Sequence record: PQ409239.1
DNA from: Klebsiella phage vB_KpnP_PW7
Direction: 5' to 3' (one strand)
DNA: 64,000 nucleotides
Shown piece after piece: positions 1 through 10,042 of the stretch. The notes under the pieces were generated by a model. The model worked only from the letters and a program-made list of their open reading frames with translations, was not told the origin of the DNA and did no database searches. Numbering within the stretch: position 1 is the first letter of the stretch; every line of letters starts with the position of its first letter. A program made the position numbers and the translations under genes.

Positions 1-1531
1 TGCATCAAAATCAGACTCATAAAAAGCCTGGGCGTTAGTGTGCATGCTGGACTGGAAGATGATGTTCAGGAAGTCCAGCCCCCAACCACCGGCCTGGTTT
101 GACCAGTTTTCCACTCTACTCCTGAACCTGGCATTAAGTCCGCGGACGTTTATAGAGTGGACAACTTCAGTCGATGGAACAGTATTTTTGGATATTCCGT
201 ACCCATCAGCCACGATTTTAATAATACCGGTCTCAGCGATAATACTGTAGTCCTCAAGCCTGACGATATCGTGCCATGACCCGGCACTCATCCACTGAGT
301 AAGCTTAATATCATGGCCGTATACAAGACATTTACCAGCGGCAGTTCCATCGCCAACAACCATGACTTGTGTTGATTTCCCAGGAACACCAGCGTTAAAT
401 GAAAAATCAACTTCTGGTCGGAAAAATGAATCAGTAGCTGTAGTCCCATGCTTGCGAAGAAATGTTAAACCACGCAGTGATTGGCGAACCATTACATTTT
501 TAACAAGAGATCCTTCCGTCCACGCAAATTCGTTATATAGAGAAACCGATGCACCATTAGTATTCCCCGTATACCCGGTAATCCACAAGTCGCAAGCCTC
601 TCCTTGCCACATATCCGACAAGCGAACCGGCGTGGCATCTGTACCAGTATTACCTTGTACAAGGTAAGATGAAGCACCCCAAATGCGGAAACCTTTGATT
701 CCGCCACCGGACCAAGCTTGCTGTGACGTACCATCTTCTTTGAAACGAGAGAATGTGACCCCAACATTATTACCAGTATGCCAAAGGTTTGGTCCTCGTA
801 ACGTACTTAGGGAATAGGAGTGGATATAAAAAGGCTTATCCCCGCAGTAAAACCGCAGACCACCTTGTAATACATACCCTTTATCAAATCCTGGGTTCTC
901 AATTTTTGCTTCATAAATGTTAAATGTACGCGAAGCCTTGTACATGTTAGTGAGGACAGTGTCGATGGTATCACCAGCTTTCAATCCAAAGTCACTTGAA
1001 GTTAATTCTTTAACATCCTTACGGCGGATGACCTGCCCATAATCGTTGATAATCTGGCACCCATTATCATCAACATATGAGCTGTCAGACGTCAGGGAGT
1101 GGCAATACCAAATACCACCGCCAGCATTCTGCCCAGCAGTATGTTCTTTTAGAAAAACTTGCTGATTGAGTTTTGTAAATTTGAGCAGGCGTAATGCTGC
1201 TAAATCAGGACATTGCCCAACCATACTTAGACCATCTGCTTCAGCTAAGTTTGACAAGATGTCAAAAAGTTTTAGAGTAAGAGAACCAGAAGAAGTCGTT
1301 AACTCTAGGGTATTACCTAGAATACTCCAAGAAATTACACTTCCTGAAGCCTCCCCCTTATACCAGCATGTTTGTGTGACTGAGTCATATAAAATCTTAT
1401 ATGCATCTACAATTAAACCAGCACTTAGATAAGCAACATCATTGGCTTTAATGCCAAGTATGCGTGCTATGGTTTGTTTATTAACCTGTTTAGCCACAGG
1501 GCCAGTAGGTTGTGTGAACATCTTATTCATG
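1..1531 (-). CDS. Tail fibre or sheath-like structural protein (N4 gp65-like position). Partial: N-terminus at 1531, C-terminus beyond the window start.
   Basis: Open minus-strand frame from ATG (plus-strand cat at 1529-1531) to the window edge. Translation begins MNKMFTQPTGPVAKQ. It lies directly downstream, in the minus direction, of the tailspike and terminase genes, as in the N4 late-gene order. Confidence 0.45.
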
Positions 1532-1583
1532 GGTTAACCCTCATGTTGTAGTTTTAAGCCCCCTATATGGGGGGCTAGTTTAC

Positions 1584-4490
1584 TTACCAGGTTGCTAGAG
1601 CTGTGCGAACCCAGGTATTTGTTGCAACACACACATAAAGATGCGTGGAAGATATTGCAATGTTTCCAGCAACCCCAGATGCAGTAGCTGAGGCAGGTAC
1701 ATCAACTACACGAGGTAACCTGTACCAACTATTCCATGCTGAAGTATTAGTGTTCCAAGTTCTTCTATAGGTATTACCAGTAGTAGATACAAAGTCTTCG
1801 TATGCCCCAGCACGTAAGTTCTGGTGACCCCCATACAATGCAACAACACCATAAGATTCTGGCCATGTAGCATCGTTATAAACAGGAGAAGTCATCATAG
1901 CATAAGGTGCTATGATAGATGGTGTAGATGAGACTGTGATAAGAGAAACCATGTTATTGGTTACAGTCTTACCCTGCATCTGCCAATCACCATTGGAGTT
2001 ATACACCCATGAATCAATAGACTCATTAGGGGAACCCACACACTTAACAACCATCCCAGGTAACCATGTAATCAAACCATAGTTACTGAATGTACTCGCG
2101 GAAGGTTTACCAAAAGTACTACTTTCATACGTAGTGGCATAGTCTAAAAATTCCCATAACCCAGTGTTTGGGGAGACTCGTACCCGGCCTAAATATCGGT
2201 CAGTACAGTAAATACCTTTAACACGAGGTAAAGAGTGGAAGTTATTAGATGCACGGATTACAGCATCAAAACCATACACATATGGAGCTACCGAACCATT
2301 TGCTATGAATAGGTTAGGGAGGTAAGACGAACCATCTAATGACCTTCTAGCAGGAACACCAGAAAAACTAATCTTAGCTGCCGTACTTGAGTAAGTAACA
2401 GCCCAATACAGAATAAGCTGGGCCTGCGCAATAGTATCACTAGAGGTGCTTGGTGGGTTATGGGTAACACCATTGATACTAACCTGTGCAATCTGACGGT
2501 CCCCAGCACAGTGAATAGCATAGTAAGTATCATCAGCATAGTTACCACGAATGCTAATACTATTGATATCCAGGTTATAAATCGTAGTATACCCAATACC
2601 AATTAGAGTCCGGTTATTCCCAGTAGGCCAGAGTTGAATATTGGATAGAACAAGGGAATTAATAAGGCAGGTATGTGCCTCGCCTGTACTTGCCGCTGTC
2701 AGGGAACCAATACGAATAGGGTTATAAAGGTGTTGGTTAGTAGAGGTACCAGCAACCCTTACGCTAATATCATCAATGATTACACTACCCATAGTATTCC
2801 AGTAGTCTGTAGCAGGAGCTGAACCTACTGGGTCAGAAGCACCTACTCGAACGCCGCTATACTGGGTATACCCCTTAACATTGCTGATATGTACCTTCTC
2901 TACACCAATGCCACCTTGACCGCCAACAACTACACCATTCCACGTATAGACGGTAGTATTCGGGTCAATATCACTGGTTTTATACCAAGGATTAACATTG
3001 CGAATAGTTACTGACTTACAGGTTAGGTAGTCTAAATTCGTTACCATAGCAGAGTCTGCTTCAGTACCTCCCTCAACCCAAAGGATACCAGCAAAGACTG
3101 CTACCATGTCGTCAGTGGTAAAGCCATAAACGTTCTCAATGAGTACGTCTTCTGAGCAACCAGTAATACCATCACCACGGGACCCGCCTTGTGGGAAAGC
3201 CTGGGCAATGTAAGAATTAAATCTCAGATTGGAAGCGTGCAACTTTTTGTTACCAGCGTGGTTCATTGAGTGCCCACGGAAACTATGAACGTACATAGTA
3301 TCTAAACGCACTTCATTGAAGAGGCTTACAATAAACCCATGCGACATGTCATTGAAGGAACCGGAACTGTTTAAGGTTTCTTCGCCTTGTCCAGCCCAGT
3401 TACCATCGAACTCACCGCCAAACCATTCAAAGTTGTGGGTACGGTCCCCAACAAAGACCATCATGTTTTTTCGGACATTATCTGCCAGTTTAAACACAAC
3501 ACCTGGAGCACAGATAACACGCAGGTTTTTAGTTAACGCACACTTTAACTTACGGGTAATTAAGTAGGTTCCTTTGGGTACATGGATAGTTTCATACGTA
3601 GACTTGAATGCTGCGTATAAAGCGTCAGTATCATCTGAGATACCATTACCTTTAGCCCCAAAAGCTTGTGGGGTGGCCCATGATAATAAATCCTGCAAAG
3701 GAATACCCTGTAAAGTACCTATGCCGGATGCCCCAGTATTAGCAACAAGATTTTCTTCTAACTGCTGATGCTCTTCACGTAGAGAAGTAAGTACGTCTTG
3801 TACAGTCTCACCAGTAAGAGTACCTATCTGAGAAGCCCCGTCCTCTTTCTTTAGCAGCGCAAAGATATCAATATCCATATCTGGGTCAGAGATACCAATT
3901 ATAACAGTAACTAAGTTACCAGCATCAAGTTCATCAGCCAGGGTTAAGGTTGCGTCACCTTCGTTATAGACGAAACCCTCACCAACGTCCTGACGACTAC
4001 CTTGTACATAAATGGTTTGTACATCCACAATAGGCATATCAGTTGGTAGCTGAATTACCGTCTCACCGTCAGCAACAGCACGATACTTCCAGATACGCAC
4101 AAAAGATGCATTAGAACCAGTAGCTTTTGTACTAATCCAGGAACCAGTTGCGGATGGGTCATTAGACGGTATGCCTGTTGTATCATCGGCTACATAGAGA
4201 TAATCAGTAAAGTAGTAACCAGACGTATCTGATTTGCTATATATACGAGCAAACTTCCCAATTGATAATGGGATATCCTTGATTGCATCCTCGCTATCTA
4301 CAGTAATAATCAGACCATACTTCTGTAGGTAGTTATAGATGTAGGAGAGGTTACCCAACGCAAGGTAAACCTCTTTTACTACGTGGTAAGCATCCCCAAT
4401 GATGCGGTCTACTAACTGGTCAGCAGAACGAAAATCATTGGTGCACCCACTACCACCTGTGTTAAACGGGTTATGAGAATTCATATCCAC
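1584..4490 (-). CDS. Tailspike or appendage protein with a pectate-lyase-3-like beta-helix depolymerase domain (N4 gp66 position).
   Basis: 968-aa ORF. Contains the motif AFGAKGNGISDDTDALYAAFKST, typical of Pectate_lyase_3 and tailspike depolymerases. Start overlaps the upstream gene (ATGA). Confidence 0.6.
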   Translation of the reverse strand: MDMNSHNPFNTGGSGCTNDFRSADQLVDRIIGDAYHVVKEVYLALGNLSYIYNYLQKYGLIITVDSEDAIKDIPLSIGKFARIYSKSDTSGYYFTDYLYVADDTTGIPSNDPSATGSWISTKATGSNASFVRIWKYRAVADGETVIQLPTDMPIVDVQTIYVQGSRQDVGEGFVYNEGDATLTLADELDAGNLVTVIIGISDPDMDIDIFALLKKEDGASQIGTLTGETVQDVLTSLREEHQQLEENLVANTGASGIGTLQGIPLQDLLSWATPQAFGAKGNGISDDTDALYAAFKSTYETIHVPKGTYLITRKLKCALTKNLRVICAPGVVFKLADNVRKNMMVFVGDRTHNFEWFGGEFDGNWAGQGEETLNSSGSFNDMSHGFIVSLFNEVRLDTMYVHSFRGHSMNHAGNKKLHASNLRFNSYIAQAFPQGGSRGDGITGCSEDVLIENVYGFTTDDMVAVFAGILWVEGGTEADSAMVTNLDYLTCKSVTIRNVNPWYKTSDIDPNTTVYTWNGVVVGGQGGIGVEKVHISNVKGYTQYSGVRVGASDPVGSAPATDYWNTMGSVIIDDISVRVAGTSTNQHLYNPIRIGSLTAASTGEAHTCLINSLVLSNIQLWPTGNNRTLIGIGYTTIYNLDINSISIRGNYADDTYYAIHCAGDRQIAQVSINGVTHNPPSTSSDTIAQAQLILYWAVTYSSTAAKISFSGVPARRSLDGSSYLPNLFIANGSVAPYVYGFDAVIRASNNFHSLPRVKGIYCTDRYLGRVRVSPNTGLWEFLDYATTYESSTFGKPSASTFSNYGLITWLPGMVVKCVGSPNESIDSWVYNSNGDWQMQGKTVTNNMVSLITVSSTPSIIAPYAMMTSPVYNDATWPESYGVVALYGGHQNLRAGAYEDFVSTTGNTYRRTWNTNTSAWNSWYRLPRVVDVPASATASGVAGNIAISSTHLYVCVATNTWVRTALATW

Positions 4491-5188
4491 CCTCTTCTTT
4501 CAAATAATGTATTGGTGTTCGATTCACTGCTGCTACCGAGGTCATAATCCTTAACCTCTCCACAGATTGACTCGTACATTTGCAAATACTCTGCTGCCTT
4601 GCTTGTACTCTCAGCAGTATTGAGTCCAGTGTAATAGCTATACGCTACCCAGTACTTTAATGCAGGCAGTAATGAATCAGGTAAGTCTACTTCCTGGTTC
4701 TCACCATCTACAGTAAGAGTTGGATGCTTCGCCTGATAAGTTACCGTAAGTACCTCACAATGACGAGGGCGAATACACTGTAATGTGTCCGGCCTTGGGG
4801 TAAATAACCCATGCGGGTTGTGGTTGTCGTTAAGTCCTCGACGTTCCCCCAAGGAATCATACACCATCAGTATCTTTATCACATTCTCTTCGAATGGGTT
4901 AGTTACTGAATCCATTATGAAAGGGTATTGGGCCAACTCAGGGTCAAATCCCATGAATGAGTAACGCTTGAGTAGTGGATACTCTGTCCTACCCTCTCTC
5001 ATTTCTACGAATACATTCTCAGTCTTAAGGGGAAACCTGCCATGTAAACGGGTAAGCCCCTCATTAATAAATTCGAGTATATATTCTTTCTTGTCTGACT
5101 CAATGTCCTTCTTATCATCAGTGACAACACTGGTGTTGTTAAGGACACTTAGAGCCAGACTCTTATACAGCTCGGTCAGCTTAATCAT
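4481..5188 (-). CDS. Hypothetical tail-associated protein (N4 gp67-like position).
   Basis: 235-aa ORF translationally coupled to the tailspike gene. Lies between the terminase and the tailspike. Confidence 0.35.
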   Translation of the reverse strand: MIKLTELYKSLALSVLNNTSVVTDDKKDIESDKKEYILEFINEGLTRLHGRFPLKTENVFVEMREGRTEYPLLKRYSFMGFDPELAQYPFIMDSVTNPFEENVIKILMVYDSLGERRGLNDNHNPHGLFTPRPDTLQCIRPRHCEVLTVTYQAKHPTLTVDGENQEVDLPDSLLPALKYWVAYSYYTGLNTAESTSKAAEYLQMYESICGEVKDYDLGSSSESNTNTLFERRGWI

Positions 5189-5194
5189 AATTCC

Positions 5195-6793
5195 TCACAC
5201 AATGTAGGAAGATAGTGGGTTATTATCGTCTCTATCAAAGTCGTCATCCCACATTGGGTCACCGCTCTGATTGACTGGTACCATGCCTGCTTGTGGCTTC
5301 CATGGGTTTAAGTAACCCAGCATAGAGATTGTATCGATGCAGTCGTCCTTTCCTTTGAGACCATTGATGGTAGCCAGCTTAAGCTGCCCCATAAATAGCC
5401 CCATGATGGTAGAGCTACGCATCTCTTCTGGGAAGTACATCTTACCAGTTTTGAACCAAGGAACTACAAGGTTAAAGCGAGCGAGTTTGCTGGTTGCAGG
5501 ACGAATACCAGGTTGCCCACCATTGGAACTAGCAAAGTTAAAGAAGACGTTACGGTTAAGCATCTCTCTTTGTAGCAATGGAATGAATCCACCTTGTTGG
5601 CCGGTAATCTCTACACCTACTTGCTGGAGGTTAGGTTGGTATTCCTGAACCAGTCTGAATAAGTCATCGAATGTCTTATCCATGAGTTGGCGAGCACAGA
5701 CACCATCTACCCAGAACCAGTCACCGTTAGAGCTATAGGCCCATACGGATATTACAGTGTAGTCACTGTTGTTCTTCTCACTCGTAGCAAAGTCAGTAGT
5801 GATATAGAAGTTATAGCAAGACTTCAGACGTAAGAGTTGTTCCCGTGAGTACCACTTAATCTCACTATCCTGAACCAAACGTTCATCTTCAGAACTAATA
5901 CGTAGCATCAGTTCCTGATAGAAACCAGCAAGCTTACCCGTCTTAACTGCCATGTCATATTGGTCGTGGATGTAGTCGTATGTGAAACGGTCATCCCAAG
6001 CACCCTGGAATTCCTCACGAGTACAAGGAAACTTCTCACATACAGGCCATACGTTTACATCCCATGCACCAGATTCAACAGCTTCAATAAGAATGTCTTC
6101 TTTATTAAATGGTGTACCATTGAAAATTACTTTCCTTCTGGTTGGGTCAAGTGCGTGGTTAACTCCCTTATAGACGGTATCCTTAATAGCTTCCATTGCA
6201 GTCTTGGAACGGGAGTCATCATCACTAACCAGGTCATCGAGTACACAGAGGGTAGGACGCTTACCAAATATCTTGGTACCACGAAGACCAGTCTTAGCAC
6301 CAAACATCTTCACACCAAGACGATGCCCCTCTGCATTAATGAACTCTAAGTAGTTATCCGTAAACTTAGCGTTTGGTATCCACTGCTGAAGAAAGGGGCT
6401 GTTGTCGTAACGGAATTCAATGTTCTTACGTGCAGACTTAACACCGTTCTCCATTGAATCGGATACGTAAATCATACCCTCTACTTTACCTAATCCCGGT
6501 AAGTGACCAAACACTGCCAGGAACAAAGTAAAGTATTCCATGAACAAGGTGGTCTTAGCAGCACCACGGAAGCACAGGTTAGCAATGTATTGGTTCTTAC
6601 TTGTAATCTTGTCCAGCATCTTCAAGTGGACTGGTGGTGTTTTGTTGGCCTCGCCCTCTTTACCATTAACCAACTTAATAAAGTTGGCAAAGGTTAAGGC
6701 AAACTGTGTTGGTACATAGTTTGGTGTGTTCAGTACCGAGTAGTCTACTTGGTCAAGCCACTCGTCTAGTTCCTGCTTAATCAGATTAGACAT
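5195..6793 (-). CDS. terL: Terminase large subunit.
   Basis: 532 aa. ATPase-like N-terminus (FRGAAKTTLF, Walker-A-like) and a C-terminal nuclease-like region. Position matches N4 gp68. Confidence 0.7.
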   Translation of the reverse strand: MSNLIKQELDEWLDQVDYSVLNTPNYVPTQFALTFANFIKLVNGKEGEANKTPPVHLKMLDKITSKNQYIANLCFRGAAKTTLFMEYFTLFLAVFGHLPGLGKVEGMIYVSDSMENGVKSARKNIEFRYDNSPFLQQWIPNAKFTDNYLEFINAEGHRLGVKMFGAKTGLRGTKIFGKRPTLCVLDDLVSDDDSRSKTAMEAIKDTVYKGVNHALDPTRRKVIFNGTPFNKEDILIEAVESGAWDVNVWPVCEKFPCTREEFQGAWDDRFTYDYIHDQYDMAVKTGKLAGFYQELMLRISSEDERLVQDSEIKWYSREQLLRLKSCYNFYITTDFATSEKNNSDYTVISVWAYSSNGDWFWVDGVCARQLMDKTFDDLFRLVQEYQPNLQQVGVEITGQQGGFIPLLQREMLNRNVFFNFASSNGGQPGIRPATSKLARFNLVVPWFKTGKMYFPEEMRSSTIMGLFMGQLKLATINGLKGKDDCIDTISMLGYLNPWKPQAGMVPVNQSGDPMWDDDFDRDDNNPLSSYIV

Positions 6794-7478
6794 CCGTTAC
6801 ATCCTCATCATCTCGAACCAGTGAACTGCCAGCAATCACCTTAGTAGGCGTACCCGATTGAATAGCTTCAATCTGAGCTTCTGCCAGCTGGGTCAGTGTG
6901 TTCTTGAGTTCGGATAACCCAGAGTTTTCTCGCAGGTCCAGGTTGATATTGGTAACTGCATCTTTTGGTTTAGCCAAGTGAGTAAGGATAGAGTTAGCTG
7001 CCTGAGTACGAACAAGTTCACTCTGTGCAGTGTCCATTAGTTCTGCTTGGGTGTTAAGTGCCCGTTGGAACAAGTCCTGATTAACAATCCAAACCGGAAT
7101 CAGGGACTGTTCCATAATCAGATTAACAAGCTTACCTCTGTGGTAAGCAGAAGCGTAGGCAGAGATATCCTTCTCACTGGTTCCTCGTGCAACAAGTTCT
7201 GCTTGTCGTTTAGGGAAGGTCTTGAAGTAAGCATCTTTATTGCTATACCCCATATGCTTATAGGTTACGTACTGGACAGCATTCAGGTAATCCTGGGTTT
7301 TGAACTTACCATCCTTCATGACACCAGCATAGGTGATGAAGTTATTACGGATGTTCTCTGCTAGTACCTGGTCCTGTGTAACGTTGTTAACCATATCCAC
7401 CAGCTGGTCAGTAACACTGGACTTAAACTGTGGAGGTAGGGCAGCAACGATATCTTTCTTAGTGAGCATGTCAGTCAT
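6786..7478 (-). CDS. gp69-like protein, possibly a small terminase subunit.
   Basis: 230-aa ORF immediately upstream of, and overlapping, terL on the same strand. Confidence 0.35.
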   Translation of the reverse strand: MTDMLTKKDIVAALPPQFKSSVTDQLVDMVNNVTQDQVLAENIRNNFITYAGVMKDGKFKTQDYLNAVQYVTYKHMGYSNKDAYFKTFPKRQAELVARGTSEKDISAYASAYHRGKLVNLIMEQSLIPVWIVNQDLFQRALNTQAELMDTAQSELVRTQAANSILTHLAKPKDAVTNINLDLRENSGLSELKNTLTQLAEAQIEAIQSGTPTKVIAGSSLVRDDEDVTDV

Positions 7479-7630
7479 AGTCTTCCTACTTATGTCTTCT
7501 ATAAATTTATGTCTATTTACTAAGATTCTTTTCTTGGGTTGAAAGACCTTGAAGAATCCCCCGTATAGGTTTAGACTTTAGACTGTTTTTAGGCTCCTTA
7601 CAATACTAAGTCAGAGTCGCGGGAATCCTA

Positions 7631-7948
7631 TTGCCTAAAGGAAAGAAAGAGATGAGATTATTCTTTACACTGGATAGTGATACATCCCAGTACTCTGAGA
7701 TTGATATTAAAAAGCTTGCACTTATGCAAGGTGACACCATCGTGGTGACCTCCGAAGAATCCCTAGCTTACATGCAAGGTAAAATCCTAATAGATAACCT
7801 TCAGCATGTAAGTGTTAAACTAGTAACTAAAACAGCTACAATTACTAAGCCGGTCTCAGCTATTGTCTTCTACGAAAAGATACCAGAAAGTATCTCTATA
7901 GACAGAAACGTTGGTGCTGGTAACGTAGCAGTTAGTATCGTATATTGA
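7631..7948 (+). CDS. Hypothetical early protein.
   Basis: 105-aa ORF; the first plus-strand ORF after the strand switch. Confidence 0.3.
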   Translation: MPKGKKEMRLFFTLDSDTSQYSEIDIKKLALMQGDTIVVTSEESLAYMQGKILIDNLQHVSVKLVTKTATITKPVSAIVFYEKIPESISIDRNVGAGNVAVSIVY

Positions 7949-8126
7949 TTAATACTCGCCCAGGAGATGGTGGCGGGACTTGGCCATGACTAAGTTAATA
8001 ACCTCTTCAGCTACATTTCGAGCGACTCCTACTAACAGAGTACCGTTAGACTTACGGCAAGCCATCGCCCAGTTTGGATGAGTAGTATCAGAGTGAACTG
8101 ATTTGACAAACGCAAGGTATAGGAGA

Positions 8127-8160
8127 GGGAGGCCCACTGCAATGGGTCTCCCTTTTTCTT
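8127..8160 (+). terminator. Intrinsic terminator.
   Basis: Stem gggaggccc / gggtctccc (9 bp, one G-T pair), 8-nt loop, then TTTTT. Confidence 0.6.
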
Positions 8161-8179
8161 TGAACACAGGAGCTTTAAC

Positions 8180-8512
8180 ATGGTTCGAATAACTGGTGTA
8201 GATTTGGACTGGCAACGTAAGAACGGTAGACTTCCTACCTTTGATGCAGGTTCCCCGTTACTATTCTCTTCCTTCAATAAAGATGCTCAGGTTCACTTAC
8301 CTGACTGTGATGAATCATATGCCATCATGGGTAAGTGGTTACTGGATGGTATAGCACTTAACCCAGTCATACTTACCAAGACTAAGCACATACCCATAAC
8401 TCATAACCCTAATAGCTTTCACTTTGTAGAGGTTCCCGGTTATGAACTGGTGGTTAGTACTGACCCCTTCCTTAAGACATACACGTTATGCTTCGTAACT
8501 AAACACAGATAG
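8180..8512 (+). CDS. Hypothetical early protein.
   Basis: 110-aa ORF with an aggag RBS. Confidence 0.4.
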   Translation: MVRITGVDLDWQRKNGRLPTFDAGSPLLFSSFNKDAQVHLPDCDESYAIMGKWLLDGIALNPVILTKTKHIPITHNPNSFHFVEVPGYELVVSTDPFLKTYTLCFVTKHR

Positions 8513-8520
8513 GTGCCACT

Positions 8521-8853
8521 ATGAAAGTGAACTGTGCTTTACCAAACTACATAGATGGTATTGATTTAGAAGACTACTTCTTTAAGTCATTGAACCATCT
8601 TATCCTGGTTCGGAACCAAGAAGAGAAAGAACTCCTGCTGGGTGAGCTATTCATAAAGAATATCCCGCATGAGCAGCTTCGTATCTGTATCCTCCGTGAT
8701 GATGAAGTGTACCACTACACTCGTGGTACTCGTCGTCCATACTACCTGTCCCATAATGAAGTGAAGGCAGCTGTGCTGGATAATGGGGATAAGCTTATCT
8801 CCTGGGTCTCATCTTCTCCTATTTATAACGTGGTGCCTCATGACGAGAGTTGA
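8521..8853 (+). CDS. Hypothetical early protein.
   Basis: 110-aa ORF. Confidence 0.4.
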   Translation: MKVNCALPNYIDGIDLEDYFFKSLNHLILVRNQEEKELLLGELFIKNIPHEQLRICILRDDEVYHYTRGTRRPYYLSHNEVKAAVLDNGDKLISWVSSSPIYNVVPHDES

Positions 8854-9031
8854 AGCTTACAGGTACATGCTTGAGGGTAAGCAAGTTATTCATGATGGGC
8901 TACCTGGTTCTATATGGAGTTTGAGTCCGGACCGGAAAGTTAGAACAAACAATACAAGTTCTGACTGGAGTCAGGAATTTTTCAATATGGTGTTTCTACA
9001 AGATGGTTGGAAGTTAAATGACAAGAATTGA
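8840..9031 (+). CDS. Small protein, tandem paralogue A. Start adjusted to MTRVEAYRYM.
   Basis: Shares with the next ORF the pattern MTR(V/I)EAY ... LPG(S/D)(I/T)WSL(S/T)(P/S)DR ... DGW(K/S)L. Confidence 0.4.
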   Translation: MTRVEAYRYMLEGKQVIHDGLPGSIWSLSPDRKVRTNNTSSDWSQEFFNMVFLQDGWKLNDKN

Positions 9032-9203
9032 AGCATATGCCCAATTACTTATGGGTAATTTAGTATCCCATTCATCAATACCAGGGGACACCTGGAGCTT
9101 AACTTCAGATAGAGGGATTATCATAGACTTCGGTAACATGGACTTCACCGCTGAGTTTATGAACTTCACTATGTATAAAGACGGGTGGTCATTACATGAA
9201 TGA
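9018..9203 (+). CDS. Small protein, tandem paralogue B.
   Basis: 61 aa beginning MTRIEAYAQLL; paralogous to 8840-9031. Confidence 0.45.
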   Translation: MTRIEAYAQLLMGNLVSHSSIPGDTWSLTSDRGIIIDFGNMDFTAEFMNFTMYKDGWSLHE

Positions 9204-9399
9204 ACCAGTAAGGAAAGGTAATGTGTATCGCAGTCCTGCACCCACTTCTCAAGCTTACCTAGTCATGGAAGCGGGGATTAAGACTACCACCGTCATCAAC
9301 ATACGTTCTGGTAGGGAATACCTTATCAATTGTGCCGCCTTAGCTAACGAGTACGAACTGATAGGCACGCCTTACCCCACCAAAAAGGAAACTATCTAG
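9196..9399 (+). CDS. Hypothetical.
   Basis: 67-aa ORF, translationally coupled to its neighbours. Confidence 0.35.
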   Translation: MNEPVRKGNVYRSPAPTSQAYLVMEAGIKTTTVINIRSGREYLINCAALANEYELIGTPYPTKKETI

Positions 9400-9400
9400 T

Positions 9401-9733
9401 ATGAAACAAGTAAGAATAAACACAGCGCCATATCCAGTTAAACTTAATGTATGTCTGGATGCAGTCTCCTTTACTAAGGCATATCAGAAACTAAAAGGAT
9501 GTGACCCTGACTTAGCAGATACCAATGGTATAACTACCTACAGTGGTAATGTTGCTTTGATAGGAGTGTTCGCCGAGGACTTAGCAACCTTGGTTCATGA
9601 ACTCAATCACTTCTGCTTATGGGCATTTGACTATATAGGTATGCCTGTTAATTCTGCAAATAGTGAAGCTTACTGCTATTACTACGACTACTTACTTAGC
9701 CAAGTACTTGCATCTAAAGGATGGAACCAGTGA
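9401..9733 (+). CDS. Small HExxH-motif protein, possibly an ImmA/IrrE-like mini-metallopeptidase.
   Basis: 110 aa with LVHELNHFCLW (HExxH). Confidence 0.35.
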   Translation: MKQVRINTAPYPVKLNVCLDAVSFTKAYQKLKGCDPDLADTNGITTYSGNVALIGVFAEDLATLVHELNHFCLWAFDYIGMPVNSANSEAYCYYYDYLLSQVLASKGWNQ

Positions 9734-9737
9734 TAGC

Positions 9738-10010
9738 ATGAGATTATATTACTTATCAGGAGAGGGTAACCTATACGTATCCCAGGGTATTAAGTGGACC
9801 TGGCATGTAGGAAACAACCCTAACGTTCCTGTCTATGTTCACCCAGAGTTAGACTTCTACTGGATAGCGGGAGAGTGCTTACTCAGGAATAAATCAGTCA
9901 ACCTTATCAAGCTGGAACCAGGAAGCTTAGTCTCAGATGTATCCGGCCCATGTTACTTCTTAGCAGAGCACGGTCATAAAGCAGAGCAATTGTTATATAG
10001 AACTAAATAG
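9738..10010 (+). CDS. Hypothetical. Start adjusted to MRLYYLSGE.
   Basis: In-frame part of the 9663-10010 ORF after the upstream stop. Confidence 0.35.
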   Translation: MRLYYLSGEGNLYVSQGIKWTWHVGNNPNVPVYVHPELDFYWIAGECLLRNKSVNLIKLEPGSLVSDVSGPCYFLAEHGHKAEQLLYRTK

Positions 10011-10042
10011 GAGGTCTATATGTATAACCTCCTAAATTTTTT
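10009..10042 (+). terminator. Intrinsic terminator.
   Basis: Stem aggagg / cctcct with a 13-nt loop, followed by TTTTTT. Confidence 0.5.

Noticed and set aside
362-1432. Plus-strand ORFs and a minus-strand 91-aa ORF inside the partial tail gene.
   Set aside because: The region is covered by one long open minus-strand frame (tail protein); the alternative frames are shadow ORFs.
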